From: Rhynchobatus australiae
Lineage: Eukaryota
Reading direction: 5' to 3'
DNA length: 63,811 nucleotides
NCBI GenBank assembly: GCA_034780895.1
Contig: JAUZTB010000066.1
Span: forward strand, 11,781,342 to 11,845,152
Made by a program: the position numbers and the translations under genes. Positions 37,211 to 49,467 of the stretch are shown here, one piece after another; position 1 is the stretch's first letter; every line of letters begins with the position of its first letter. Under the pieces are notes generated by a model, which was not told the DNA's origin, ran no database searches, and was given only the letters and a program-made list of their open reading frames with translations.

Positions 37211-39277
37211 TGAATATCCATAATAAAACAACATGTTCCTTATCATGTTGTTCTCTTACTGCTTTCTCTGCATTGACCATGAAATCAGGGAGGGAGGAGA
37301 AAAGATGCAGAACTGAAATGCTCCTATCCGGAATGAAAAGAACAACCTTGGACTGAATTTTGCAAAGTTCTATTACGTTTCTCTCTATCTGGCTTCCAAC
37401 TTTCTTTCAAAGACCAGTGAAAAGGTTGCCTTATTTATCTTTTTCAACTGGGGATTAATGTGAAGATGACACTTTCAAACACAAGTAAATAATTGATTAC
37501 TTCTCTATATTCACATTAACTAAATACCCTTTGAGAAAAGAAAGCCTGAAATAGATGGACATTTTTTTGGAAGGGAAAGTTGGACAATTAATTAATCTGA
37601 ACTGAAATAGCCCCAGGTTGTGATTTGTTTCCAATCTGACTATTGTAGCATTGTCATATAGCAACTTTTTAAAAATTAAAATAAACTAGTTGGTATGGTA
37701 TGGGCCCAAAGAATTACTAGCAGGAATGATAAGTGCACTCTGAATTTAGCAAAGACAGAAGTTCAAAGATCTGGTACTTTTAAAGTAGTTTCTATTTTTA
37801 CCTTCAACCCCACTTTTAGTGGACATGGGGTCATCGCCCATTGACAATGTGTGACTGCAGCCACCTCGATACTTCAGCAGTATTCTAATGAATCACTGAG
37901 CTGGTGTTGAGAAGGGTCACAGGTTCACTTAGTGAATATCAGACAAGCTGGCACTTGGGGACTGTTGGCTGGTGTCCTTCACTTGGGGNNNNNNNAAAGC
38001 AGTTTCACTATACAGTGATCCCTGCTGGATATATCTATGTGAATGAAGGGGGAAATCTAGGTTTTGATATTTTCATTAGTTTTATCATTTCATTGAAACC
38101 TGGAACCAAACAACTTTTTTTAGAAAGAGAACTGATGAAAAGCTGTGGCAGAACTTTTGTATTTTTATTTCACTACTTAAGCCTTCTTTAAAAACCATTT
38201 AAATTGGACACTATTATTATCTTGCATGAAATGTCTATTTTGAACTGAAAGTCTAAGTGTTAATCTACATAAGCAAGGTGATCCTGAGTTCTTCTATCCA
38301 TATCCTTACTCCTTTTCAGTCATCACAGCTGTGTTTTCAAATCAACAGTCGTAAACCCCTGGTCATTCAATGCCTCACTTTTAAAGTTCTCATTCTTTGT
38401 GTAATAAATCCATGATGGCCTTGCCCCTCACAATCTCTGTAATATCCTCCAAGATATCCACACTCCAACGTTTCTTGCTTCCTCCACATCCTCNNNNNNN
38501 NNNCTGCAATTGCCCTACCAGTGGCAGCTGTGCCTTTAGCTGCCAGGACCCTAAACTCTAGAATTCCCTTGCTAAGTCTCTCAATTTGACTATTCTTTTA
38601 TGATTCAATGGCAAACTCTGTTTAATGCAAAACTCCCGGAAAGTTACAACTGAAAGCTACTATCCAAACACAAGTTATTGTTGCCATGGTGAGAAAAGTG
38701 GGAGAGAAAGTGAAATTCAGTTGGCTAGGCCTAGGGAGTTGATGCTTGTTCTGAAATACAGTTGTGTGAATTGGTTAAGAATGCAACTTTTTTAATCCCC
38801 TTTAGAAGGGTCTTTATAACATTTCCAGGTAATAAAATGAAAAAAAAACACATTTAAATTAGTCTTTTTCTTGAAAAGACCAACTTTTGCCAATCAGACC
38901 ATGTGCCTTCATTTTGTGCATGGACTGAATAGAAAGTAGCAAAATGCCATATGTGCCATGGGAATATCCAGACTTTTGCCCATCATAGCTGGGTTAAAAC
39001 TCTCACTTTCTTTTTTCCAGATTTACAAAATGGCCCTAATTTGGGTCATTTGGGTATTTAAATTTGGTTCGGTGATCATCCCTCTTCCCTACAATGAGAA
39101 ATTAAATGGTGGTATGTTCTAAGTAGGATTTTACTTGGCACTGCATGCTTGGTATGGGTTGGTGCTTTGGTCTTAGTTAACTTGGAAATGCTTGTGCTTG
39201 TGTGCTGTGAAATGTGAAACATAGAATTCCATTCTTAACTGCTGGTATTTTGTCACTGAAAAGATTTATGTTTGCAG

Positions 39278-40246
39278 GGGAGGGCTTTGCAGAATTCAAG
39301 TCACCGGGAAATGATGATGGATTCACAGACTTCAAAACTGCAGACAGCATTTCACCAGTAGACTCTTCAGAGCAAGCAAAGACATTCACAACAGCTTTTC
39401 CTCCTGTGCCATTTCTTCCACAACTACAACCTGTAACGCAACCTAAAGACACTTTCAGTCTCACAGACCTTTTTAACTCTGTCAGTTCTTCTGGAGAGAA
39501 CAAATCTGTATCATTTCCATCAGTTTCTGTGACATCATCCATTACATCATCTGTATGTGTTGCACCGTCATTGCCATCATCACTCTCATCCGGTACTTTT
39601 TCCTCATCTGGTAGCAGGACTGTTGGCGGAATTGATGACTTTGGAGACTTCAGTCTTTTTGGCATTGCATCCAGTACTACTACAGGTGGGGAATGGGGTC
39701 AGGATGAATTTGCAGATTTTATTGCTTTTGGCACTACTGGATCCTCTGAACAAAAATCAAATGATAAGTACAGTGTATTCAGGCAGGAGAAGAATGATGG
39801 CTTCACAACATCTTTTGATGCCTCACTTGGCATAGCAGAACAGCCTCCAGCCTCCACTGTAGACAAGTATGATGTCTTTAAACAGTTACCTGAGGAAGGG
39901 TCTGTGATGGGCTTTGAGGAGCAAAAAGACAGCACCTCTCTTTCACAAGGGAAGAATGACGATGACTTTCCAGTTGCCAAGTTGCCCCATACATTTGGCA
40001 CCTCCGATAAGGCTTTCCTGGATAAACTTTCTACTTTTAAGCAAGCAAAAGAGGACTCTGCTTCTGTGAAATCTTTGGACCTTCCTTCTATTGGTGGGAG
40101 CAGTATTGGTAAAGAGGACTCAGAAGATGCCTTATCTGCTCAGTTTGACATGAAGTCAGCTGAGGTTGGTGGTGATCTGAAGCATGTATTGTCAGACAGC
40201 TCGCTGGATTTGCCACCTGTCATTGGTCAGCCACCTCCTGTTACAG
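39278..40246 (+). CDS. SYNRG: SYNRG large exon (969 nt) with several acidic-Phe AP-1/GGA ear-binding motifs
   Basis: ttgcAG|GGGAGGGC...GTTACAG|GTgagg; inside ORF 39214..40275; DGFTDF, DDFGDF, DEFADF, KEDSASVKSLDLPSIGGSS. Confidence 0.97.
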
Positions 40247-43200
40247 GTGAGGAAATGGTTCGATTGATCTGGTAAATACATCCAAATCAATTGCATACTG
40301 CAGTTACCTTTCTATAATACCGCACCAGTGAATTACCATTTACATATCTAGCTGTCCATTCTGTATAATCATCACTGTTGGGAATTGTATTGAGTGCCAC
40401 TGTTTGCAGTGGTGTTAAACACAATGGAAAAATCCAACTGATGCCCTTGATTTAGAGATATCACTGAGTAATTGTTTTAATGTACCTATTTTTACTCTAT
40501 TGCCATCAATGTATTGTTGTGCCAACATTGTTACTGCATTATATTTTTCCATCAGGAGTGTAACAGTATTCAATCAGTATGTGGAATGGCACAAATGTTG
40601 CTCGACCTCTACATTTTCAGGTTATTCATTATAATCCCAGAGAGAGTGACAATTAGTCAAGTTGGATGGCAATTGTTAGTTATTTTCTTTCCACCTTTCA
40701 GACTGCCATTTCAAATTTATGTTTCTATTTCATTTTTAACACCATATTCAACAGCAATTGCTTGTACAAAAAAGAACATGGTGCCTTAACGTGGTGCCTA
40801 GTTTTAACCAATTTTCTTACAAGGTTACAAATGATTCCTTTAATTATTGTGAAGGGGCACCATTATTGAAGATAAACAATGTTTTTATTTATGGAAGACC
40901 ATTTAAAGATGGTTTCAAAAATTTGACTTGGTAAAGTGCTTTAGACTTCCTTTGGTATGTTAATGTTTGTGCACAACCTGAGTTTGCCATGCTAAGTATG
41001 GACAGCATTAAAATAATTATCTATAGTTTCTTCAACTGATAGCAAGACAAAGGGGATGAATGCGCCAGTAACANNNNNNNNNNNNNNNNNNNNNNNNNNN
41101 NNNNNNNNNAAATAATGAAAGTAGTAATTGGTGATTTAGAGAGGATTTCCAGGTCAATTGACTGACTCAATGAATGTCCAGAAGAGAAGTCATTTTAAAA
41201 ACAGAATGCAACATTTTTCTCCTTCATAGTCTAAATAATTGCTCTTCATTTACTCATGGATGGCATAAATAATGTACCAAAAATTAAATATTGTCCCCTT
41301 CACAATCTATCCATACAACACTGACATACCAGACTAAGTTTAATGAGTGTCAATAATGGCAGTTCATATTAAGAGGTGGTGTGCATCTGTACCAATTGTT
41401 TGTGACATTTAAAGAATCAGAAAGCCAGAAATTAGGCTGAACAGAGACTAATAATTTTTCAAATAATTTGTCATGGTTAAGAGACTGATCTGGGAGCAAT
41501 GCCTGTAAAGTGCCCTCTAATGCCCATGGAAATCGCAACTGTTTTCTTTCAGGGTGCAAAGTGAAAATATTTTATAGTGGGACTATGTTGGCAAAATACT
41601 AAATTAGTAAGTGCAGTGTATTGAAGAGTTCTTCAATTTTTTTTCAATTTGCATGTCAACATTTTTTCAANNNNNNNNNNNNNNNNNNNNNNNNNNNNNN
41701 NNNNNNNNNNNNNNNNNNNNNNNNNNNNNNNNNNNNNNNNNNNNNNNNNNNNNNNNNNNNNNNNNNNNNNTTTGGTAACAGTTTTTTCAATTTACAATTC
41801 ATGTCGAAGATGCACTGCGGCTAAGTTATACTTGTATGTGGACCTATCGTAATTAATGGGATTGTTAATGTTTACTTTAAAATATTTTGGAGAGATCGGA
41901 AATGCAGCTTTAGCTGTAATCAAGTAGATTTACAGGCCCTGGGCTGTTGTCACTGCATTAGGTAAAACTAAATACAGTGTATGTATTCATTGCATTGTAA
42001 TGTTTAACCTATGGTGGTGCCACAAAAAACTGTTTGGATACTAACAATTGGGCACTTATTCAGTTGGTGTTGTGGGGCCATGGTACATATAAGTCAGCTA
42101 CAAAACTACATTTTTCTACACTTCATAATTAATTGGCTTTGGAACGACCTGAGGGCATGAAGATGTTGATTGTTCAAATGCATGCTCTTCATTTAAATGG
42201 GATCATTTTTTAAAAAGAAAATCCTTTCTTAAAATACACTGATGGGGAGATGGACTGAAGATGACATTCCAGCACTCCAGAGTTATTGTTAGAGTGGTGC
42301 TTGGATTTGGGCAAATGCAGCTCAGTGTCATAGTTTCTGCCTCTTGCATTGGACAACTGATCTCAAGTTGAACAGTGGCACTAAGGACCAGTTTTAAAAG
42401 ATGGAGCCACATCATTCTTAGATTTTTTTTTAATACCGAAATAAAAGCCAGCTCTGGTGGGATGATTTATCTTCTACACCTTGCTGACAACTTCAAAAGT
42501 GCCTCAATATCATAATTTATCTGTATTGTAGTCGCAGGTAAAGTGTTAACCCGTCATCATAATTCAATTGTGGCAGCTTGATTTTCTTTTAACACTATTT
42601 TGCTAATATTCAGCAGTGTTTAATTTAACAGGCCCTTTTAAGTGTTTGTTGCATTCACTGGTCTTTGTTATCCTGAAGCAATATTTGGTTTTATTAANNN
42701 NNNNNNNNNNNNNNNNNNNNNNNNNNNNNNNNNNNNNNNNNNNNNNNNNNNNNNNNNNNNNNNNNNNNNNNNNNNNNNNNNNNNNNNNNNNNNNNNNNNN
42801 NNNNNNNNNNNNNNTACAATGAATAGAACTACTTTTAATCAGTTATTTAAAAAAAAGCTTTTAAAATAGAAATGGAAGGCATTTCTTTTGAAAGTCAATC
42901 AAGTAGCTTTTGAAAATTGTAATTCTGATAAAGAGTATGAAAATCAGTTCAGTTGCTCCTTGCTGTATGTTAAACACAGTGGAAAAATATCTATACTGTT
43001 CTGTATTGTACAGTTTAAAGTTGAACTTAAATTCATACCCTTTTGTTGGATGTAATGCATCAGTGTAAGCTTTTCTTTGGATATTTTTTGTACTTTGTAA
43101 TAGCTCCAGTATTATGCTTATATAATACTGTACATTTGGCCATTTGGAAAAAAAATGTGCAGATTTTTGTGTTGCAGAATGACAAATGAGGTTTGTTCAT

Positions 43201-43254
43201 CAACATTTTTCTTATTCACTTTGTTTAGTCCAGCTTAGTGCTAGATTTTGCTTT

Positions 43255-44962
43255 AAAAACAAAAAATGCTGTAAATACACACAGGTCAAGCAATATCTGT
43301 GAGTTAATCTCAGGTTAATGACCTTTCATCAGAATTAGGGAAAAAATCATTATTGGATGTATTTTGTTGTAGAGATGAGGGAGGGTTGGAAAGAACAAAA
43401 TGAATGATAGGAGACTGAGAGAGACTGAATGACAAAATGAGCTGATGCTGGCAGAGAGAGGATGGTGAATCACATTTGATCTGTCTGGAAGAAACAGGTA
43501 TAGAAGGACATCAGTGAGAGGAAAATAAAAGAATGCTGTAACTGTGAAATATTGCAGTGGCAGGAAATCTAAAAAAAGGAAAGAGAATCTTGGAATTACC
43601 CAGCAGGGCAGGTAGCACCTGTGGAGAGGGAAAAGCTAAGTTAATGTTACAGATTTGGTGATCTTTGATCGGAATTGCCTAGTTCAGATACAAACTGAAA
43701 AGGCTAGTTATCTGAGTTGTTAAGTTCAGTGCTGAGTCATTGAGGGCCATTATGTGCCCATCAGAGGTTGAGATGCTGTTCCTCAAGTTTAGGTTGAGCC
43801 AATGCAACTGTGTAAGAGGCCAAAGACGCAAGGGTCAGAGTGGGAGTGAGATGCAGAGTTAAAGTGACAGGCAATTGGAAGCTCTGCTTCAACTTGGCAG
43901 AGCACCTCTGGTCAGTTTGCAAAGTAGTCACCCAATAAGTATATGGTTTACTCATTATGGAGGAAACCACATTCTGAGCACTGAGTGCACTATACTAAAT
44001 TAAGTTCTGCTTCACATGGAAAGTGTATTTGGGTCACAGGATAGTGGGAAGACAAAGGGCTAGTCTTGCATTTCTTGTGGTTGCATGAAAAAGTGTCATG
44101 AGAACCACCTGTCTAATTTCCACTACCTTCGATAAGATGCTACACCAGACACACCTTCTCCCCTCCCTTTTCAGCATTATTAAGCAACCATTCTCTTAAT
44201 GATTCCTCGGTTCACCTTTCCATCTCCATCAACAACCACTCAACCGAAGGATTTACGTGTTCTTCTAATTTAGTACATTGCATTTGATTATCACAATTTG
44301 AGATCATCTGCACTGGAGAAACCAAATTCAGATTGGCTGAATGTTTTGCAGAACACCTCTGTTCAATCTGCAAGCTACTGGTTCTAAGCTTCTGGTTTTA
44401 CTTTAATTCCACATTCTATTCCCATTTTGACCGATTAACGCTGTTGCAATAAAATTCAACGTAAGCTTGAGAAACAGCATTTCATCTTCAGTCCAGGCAC
44501 ATTGCAGGCCTCAGAACTCAACATTGAACTCAACATTTTCAGGTAACCAGCCAGTTTGTATCAGAATTGGCAGTTCTGAGGAAAAGTCATCAACCTTTAA
44601 TGATAACTCAGTTTTTCTCACAGATGCTGCTTAATCTATTTATATTCCAGATTTACAGCAACTGTAGTGCTTTGTATCTCAATACCAGGATTGTGTTTTC
44701 CTCCTTTCCTCTGTCCTCAGTCATCTATTTACATCGCCTCCAGACAGATAACAGTGATTAACAAGCCTTTACCACCTTATCATAGATGTTTCCTTTGTAC
44801 TCTCCACCTCTTTAAAATTTAAAACATCTTTGATTTCTAGTATTTCCTGCTTCTGATGAAAGGTCATCAGCCTGAAATAATTAACTCTGTTTGTCTCTGT
44901 GCAGATGCTGCCTGACCTGCCAAGATTTTTCAGATTTCTAGTATTTACAGTCTTTGCTTTTG
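43255..44962. mobile_element. Two Penelope-like remnants in inverted orientation
   Basis: Minus copy about 43255-44100 and plus copy about 44130-44960; the plus copy has a GETK.RL..CFAEHL.S remnant (about 44312-44365); the outer ends are the shared terminal segment. Confidence 0.65.
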
Positions 44963-45315
44963 GCTACAATTTGCTTACTCATTTGTTTTTAATTGCGATG
45001 TTATGCATTTTATTTGCAGGAAACTTTAAGCATTTGTTAACCATGGACTTTTTCCACCCACAATAACATAAGATGTGGGAGCAGGAATAGAGCATCCTCT
45101 GTCATTTAGTATGTTATGGCTAACCTTGTCCATTTTCCTGCCTGATCCCCATGTCCTCTGATTCAATTTGTGTCCATTGATCTATCTGTTTTAGTTTTGA
45201 ATGTACTCAGACAATATCCACAGACTTCTGAAGTAGAAACTACGAAAAAATTACAGCCCTTTGCATGAAGCAATTTTTCCTCATCTTGCTCTCTCACATT
45301 CTCCCCTTACCACTC

Positions 45316-45350
45316 ATCTCTCCCTCTCCCTCCCTCCCTCCCTCCCTCTC
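45316..45350. repeat. (CCCT)n microsatellite
   Basis: ctccctctccctccctccctccctccctctc. Confidence 0.85.
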
Positions 45351-47840
45351 TATCCTCATCGGTACATGTGCATCTCCCATTGACTGACATATATGAATCT
45401 AAAAGCTGCATGTGTAGTCTCTCCAATCAATGGTTGTCAACAACAGACCTGCAACTGTACACTTTATTATAATTTGAGAAGCTTGGGTTATGGAACAGCA
45501 CTCGTTGAAGGTCATCTCTGTTAGGAAAGAGCAGGTGAGCAGAATAAATAATTGGAGAGGTGGTTAGAAAATGCCAGCATTTAAAAATCAAAGAGAGAAA
45601 CCAGTATGAATCCCTGCAGATGTTTGTCCTTATAACCAACTCGAAAATGCCTCAAGAAGATTTGTTTAACAAAATTAGACATTAGATGACGTTGTACACT
45701 TCTAGTTGAAACTGCATTTTTCTATTACATACCTTCTGCATTTCAGCCCCTGCAGCATAAATGCTGTTATCATTTTCTGCATTTTATTGGAATAAAAAGC
45801 AAAGCTAATAGTTTGAGATGTTTGCTCCAGGAAGTCTGCAGACAAGAGTCCACATTTAAAAAGTTAGGTGGCAGCTTAATTGGCCAATCATTTGGCAAAA
45901 TTGGGGGAGAACCATAGGTCAAGCATCTTTCTCTTCAGTTAAAAAATGACATGCAGTCAACAAGAAGTCAATCAGAGAAGAGAAGAACTTCAGACTTGTT
46001 TAATGCCAGTTAAATTCACGGGTTTACTAGTCAGAATCATGAATTCAGGCAGTTAAAAGGAATTATGAGCTATTGTAATTTTTTGAGAGTCATTATGGTT
46101 TAATTTATGATTTATTGTAAATATTAATCTTCAGCTCCATTTGTTGTATCAAACATGATAAACAAGAAAAGACCAACTGGTCCATTTAATCTATTGCATA
46201 TAATTGTGATACTGAGTTTATCAATGCATGGACTACCAGGAGCCATGTGCCAAGCAAAGGGGGCGAAACAGATTAAATATAATCCCTTCAAAGAGCTGTT
46301 CATTTCCTCCAGCCAGAAGCAGGTTTTTATATTAAATCGTTTTGTGGATGCAACCTAGAACCCTAGTTGCATTGGCTTGAACACCATCATATTTGGCATG
46401 AACCTTCGAGAACAGGGAAATAAAGCAATCTGACCTTTGTCTTATACAGCCACCTCACTTTCTGTTGCTTGTTCATTTGTATGTTATGGATGTTGCCCTT
46501 AGGGACAGAATTTCTTAACCCATCTCTATTTTCCCCCAAGAAAGCAAGATACAATTAGGTAGCTTCCAAGGTCACTTTAAAAGGTAACAAAGGGTTAGCC
46601 TTTGGAATTGGAGTCACAAGCAGACTAGGCCAACTAAGGTCAACAGGCTTCCTTTCCTAAAGGCTTTCAAAGTTTTTATCTAGAGCAGACATGAAATTCG
46701 TAAGATTGAACTGCCAAATTACTCATTTAGATTACTTACTTCTTATTGTCGTTAATTTAGGATCTATCTGGAAATTAATTTTCTCTCTTTTTTTTGGTGA
46801 TGTCCCTTTCTGTAGACTTTCACACCTCCTCAAGATTTCTGAACATAAAACTAAACTTCTTTGAAGCTGTAAAGCTCTTGACAAGTGTAGTTTTTATTTC
46901 CAATTGCAAAAGTGCTGTACTGCCAATTGAAGCAAATCCATTAGATCTTTAGTCTTTCTTTTGCTCTTTAATTTACAGTTGATCAGTGAGGATATGGCCT
47001 TTAAGTGCATCATGTTATTATTCTTAATGTCCCCTCTGCTAGCTTCATTCTTTGGATGTAACACATATCCATTTATTTTCTATGATAAGATGTCTCTTTT
47101 GCACAATTTTTCTCATTCAAGGAACTTGGCCATTGCTGCCAAGGTTGTACTAATGGGCCATCTTAAAAGCCCTCATTAAGGCTGTGGGAGTTCTACTGTC
47201 GTGAAGTTCGTGAAATAAAATTCAGTGTTCTGCTCCAAAGATGAAGGAATGTATTTCTAGAGCAGTGTGACTTATAGACTTTGGTATTCCTATCTGCCCA
47301 CTACTCATATTCTTTCAGGTGGTAGAGCTAGTGAATTTAGACAGTGCTGTTGAAGAAGCCTTTACAAGTAATTGCATTGAAATGTTATGCATTTCAATCA
47401 CAGTACACTTGGAAGGTGTAAATATTTAAGTCAATTTAACTATATTCTCTTCTTCCTGAAAAAGTCAAATTTTATAAAAAATGTTAAAGTTGTTCTATTT
47501 TTGTTGGCCATTTCCATAGCTTGAGACAAAGCACAAACCTGTTAAGTTATTTTATTTCCCTTCATTTCATCAGCCAATACAATTCAAGACAGACAACATT
47601 ACCACAGCTGCCATCACACCAGCCATACTTTGCAATGGCTGAGATAGATGGCTTACAGTCCCACCCCAAATCCACATCAAAAGCCCAAACAATCAGCCCA
47701 ATGCTCAATTACTTGGAGCTACACTGCATCAAAGTCAGGAGAGCATTTTATGATATTAAAGTGTCTTCCTTAAAACAAAATGGAATACCTCCATGAAAAT
47801 GAACCAAAGTATTTTAGTTAGAATCCACAGTTTATTTTAC

Positions 47841-47975
47841 CTCTTCCCCTTTGGTTTGGGGTGGCTTTTTGACAACTTCCCTTATCAGTTGTAATATGCT
47901 GTCGGTGTTGAGTGTGTCCAGTGCTTGGACTAACCCTACCAGTGTTAGCTGAGCTTCACTGGCCACTGGCAAAAC
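47841..47975 (-). CDS. DOP1B: Next DOP1B/DOPEY2-like exon ([45 protein letters not shown])
   Basis: Minus strand tttacAG|GTTTTG...GAAGAG|GTaaaa; 135 nt, phase 0-0; matches recalled DOP1B [40 protein letters not shown]. Confidence 0.87.
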
Positions 47976-48089
47976 CTGTAAACACAAAGATGAAAACAGC
48001 ATTCCATTTATAATCCCTACACTTGGCAAAATGCTGCACTTACAAACACAAAATATTTCAATGGCCTTTTTCAACACAAGGACTAGTTG

Positions 48090-48390
48090 TAACACAAGTG
48101 GATAGGGTTGTAAAAAAGGAGTAGTTATGCATGCTTGCCTTCATTAGTCGGGACATTGAGCACAAATTGGCAAGTTACGTAGCCCCTGTATAAAACTTCG
48201 GTTAGGTCACACTTGGAGTATTTGTACAGTTCTGGCCACAACGTTACAGGAAGGATGTGGAGTCTTTGGAGAGGGTGCAGAAGAGGTTAACCAGGGTGTT
48301 AGCTGGATTGGATAGTATTAGCTACTAGGAGAGGTTAGACAAATTTGTGGTTGTTTTGCTGGAGTGTCAGAAGCTGAGGGGCAACTTTAA
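48090..48390 (+). mobile_element. CR1-like LINE fragment inside the DOP1B-like intron
   Basis: LYKTSVRSHLEY..QFW..Y.KDVE.LERVQKR remnant. Confidence 0.8.
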
Positions 48391-48796
48391 GTCTGATGTT
48401 TAGAAGCCTTTAATCAAAGCCTCAGGATCTACCAGTGTCTTTTATATCTGTTGACTACTTTTAAAATGTGATTGTTGTTGGGTAGCAAGTTAAATTTTGC
48501 ATACAGCAAATTTCCATTATTTCAATGGTGGGGTTGGGGGAGGGGAGAATGCCAAGCAAAACGCCAATAAACTCTTCCCTTCTGTGAACATTTAACAGAA
48601 TCTTTTGTACCACCAGGCATGGTTTCATGCTCGAGTCTTTTGTCCAAAGTTACCTTTAACAATACTCCCTTTGACAGCATTAGTATACCAGCCTAAATGA
48701 GACTGTCAAATCCTGGGCTGGGCATTGAACCCCCAATTTTCTGACTTGGGAGGCAAAAGCAGCACAAGCTGCTCGAAGCTAGCAACAGTACTATAA

Positions 48797-49018
48797 GATT
48801 GACTCTTGACCTCACAATCTACCTCATTATGACCTTGTATCTTATTGTCAACCTGCACTGTACTTTCTCTGGAGCTGTGACACTTTATTCTGCACTCTGT
48901 TATTGTTTTACCTTATACTACCTCAATACACTGTGTAACAAACTGATCTGTATGAACGTTATGCAAGACCAGCTCTTCCACTGTACCTCAGTACAAGTGA
49001 TGATAATAAACTAATTCC
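48797..49018 (+). mobile_element. 3' UTR of a young non-LTR element
   Basis: gattgactcttgacctcacaatctacctc...gtacaagtgatgataataaactaattcc; related reverse tail at about 51425-51457. Confidence 0.55.
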
Positions 49019-49341
49019 AACAAAAGGAATGCAATGGCAAAGTAATTGTGTTCGGGTAAGCATAGGTAGTGAGTTAACAAATATTCTTAACTGTGTGTAA
49101 TTGTGATAACATAAAAGTTGTTCCAAATGTTTGAAAAGCTTCAAAGCAAATTAAGTTAAAGGAGTTTTTTTTAAAGTAATGCTCTATGCCAGAATTACCT
49201 GGAACTACCTAGTATTTAGAAATGAACTGAAAAAAATAGTGAACCAGAAGGCAGGAATTTTCTTGAACTCAGTGACAGTAGAGAACAAAAATAAAGCTGA
49301 TATCTTTCAACAAAATCTTCAGCGACTGGCTTGGTTCCTAC

Positions 49342-49467
49342 CTTGCTTTGGTTCACTTTCTTGCTGCTTTTCCTCTTGTTCCACACTGTTGCTACAGCTG
49401 CCATCAGGTGAACACCCATCTGTGCAGCAAATGGGTTCAGGAGTTCCAGAATTTTCTGCCTAAGTGT
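49342..49467 (-). CDS. DOP1B: DOP1B/DOPEY2-like internal exon ([42 protein letters not shown]), antisense in SYNRG intron
   Basis: Minus strand ttttaAG|ACACTT...AGCAAG|GTagga; 126 nt, phase 0-0; matches recalled DOP1B [29 protein letters not shown]. Confidence 0.85.

Noticed and set aside
39177-40001. Antisense and alternative-frame ORFs over the large exon
   Set aside because: They are shadows of the SYNRG coding sequence with no independent motifs.
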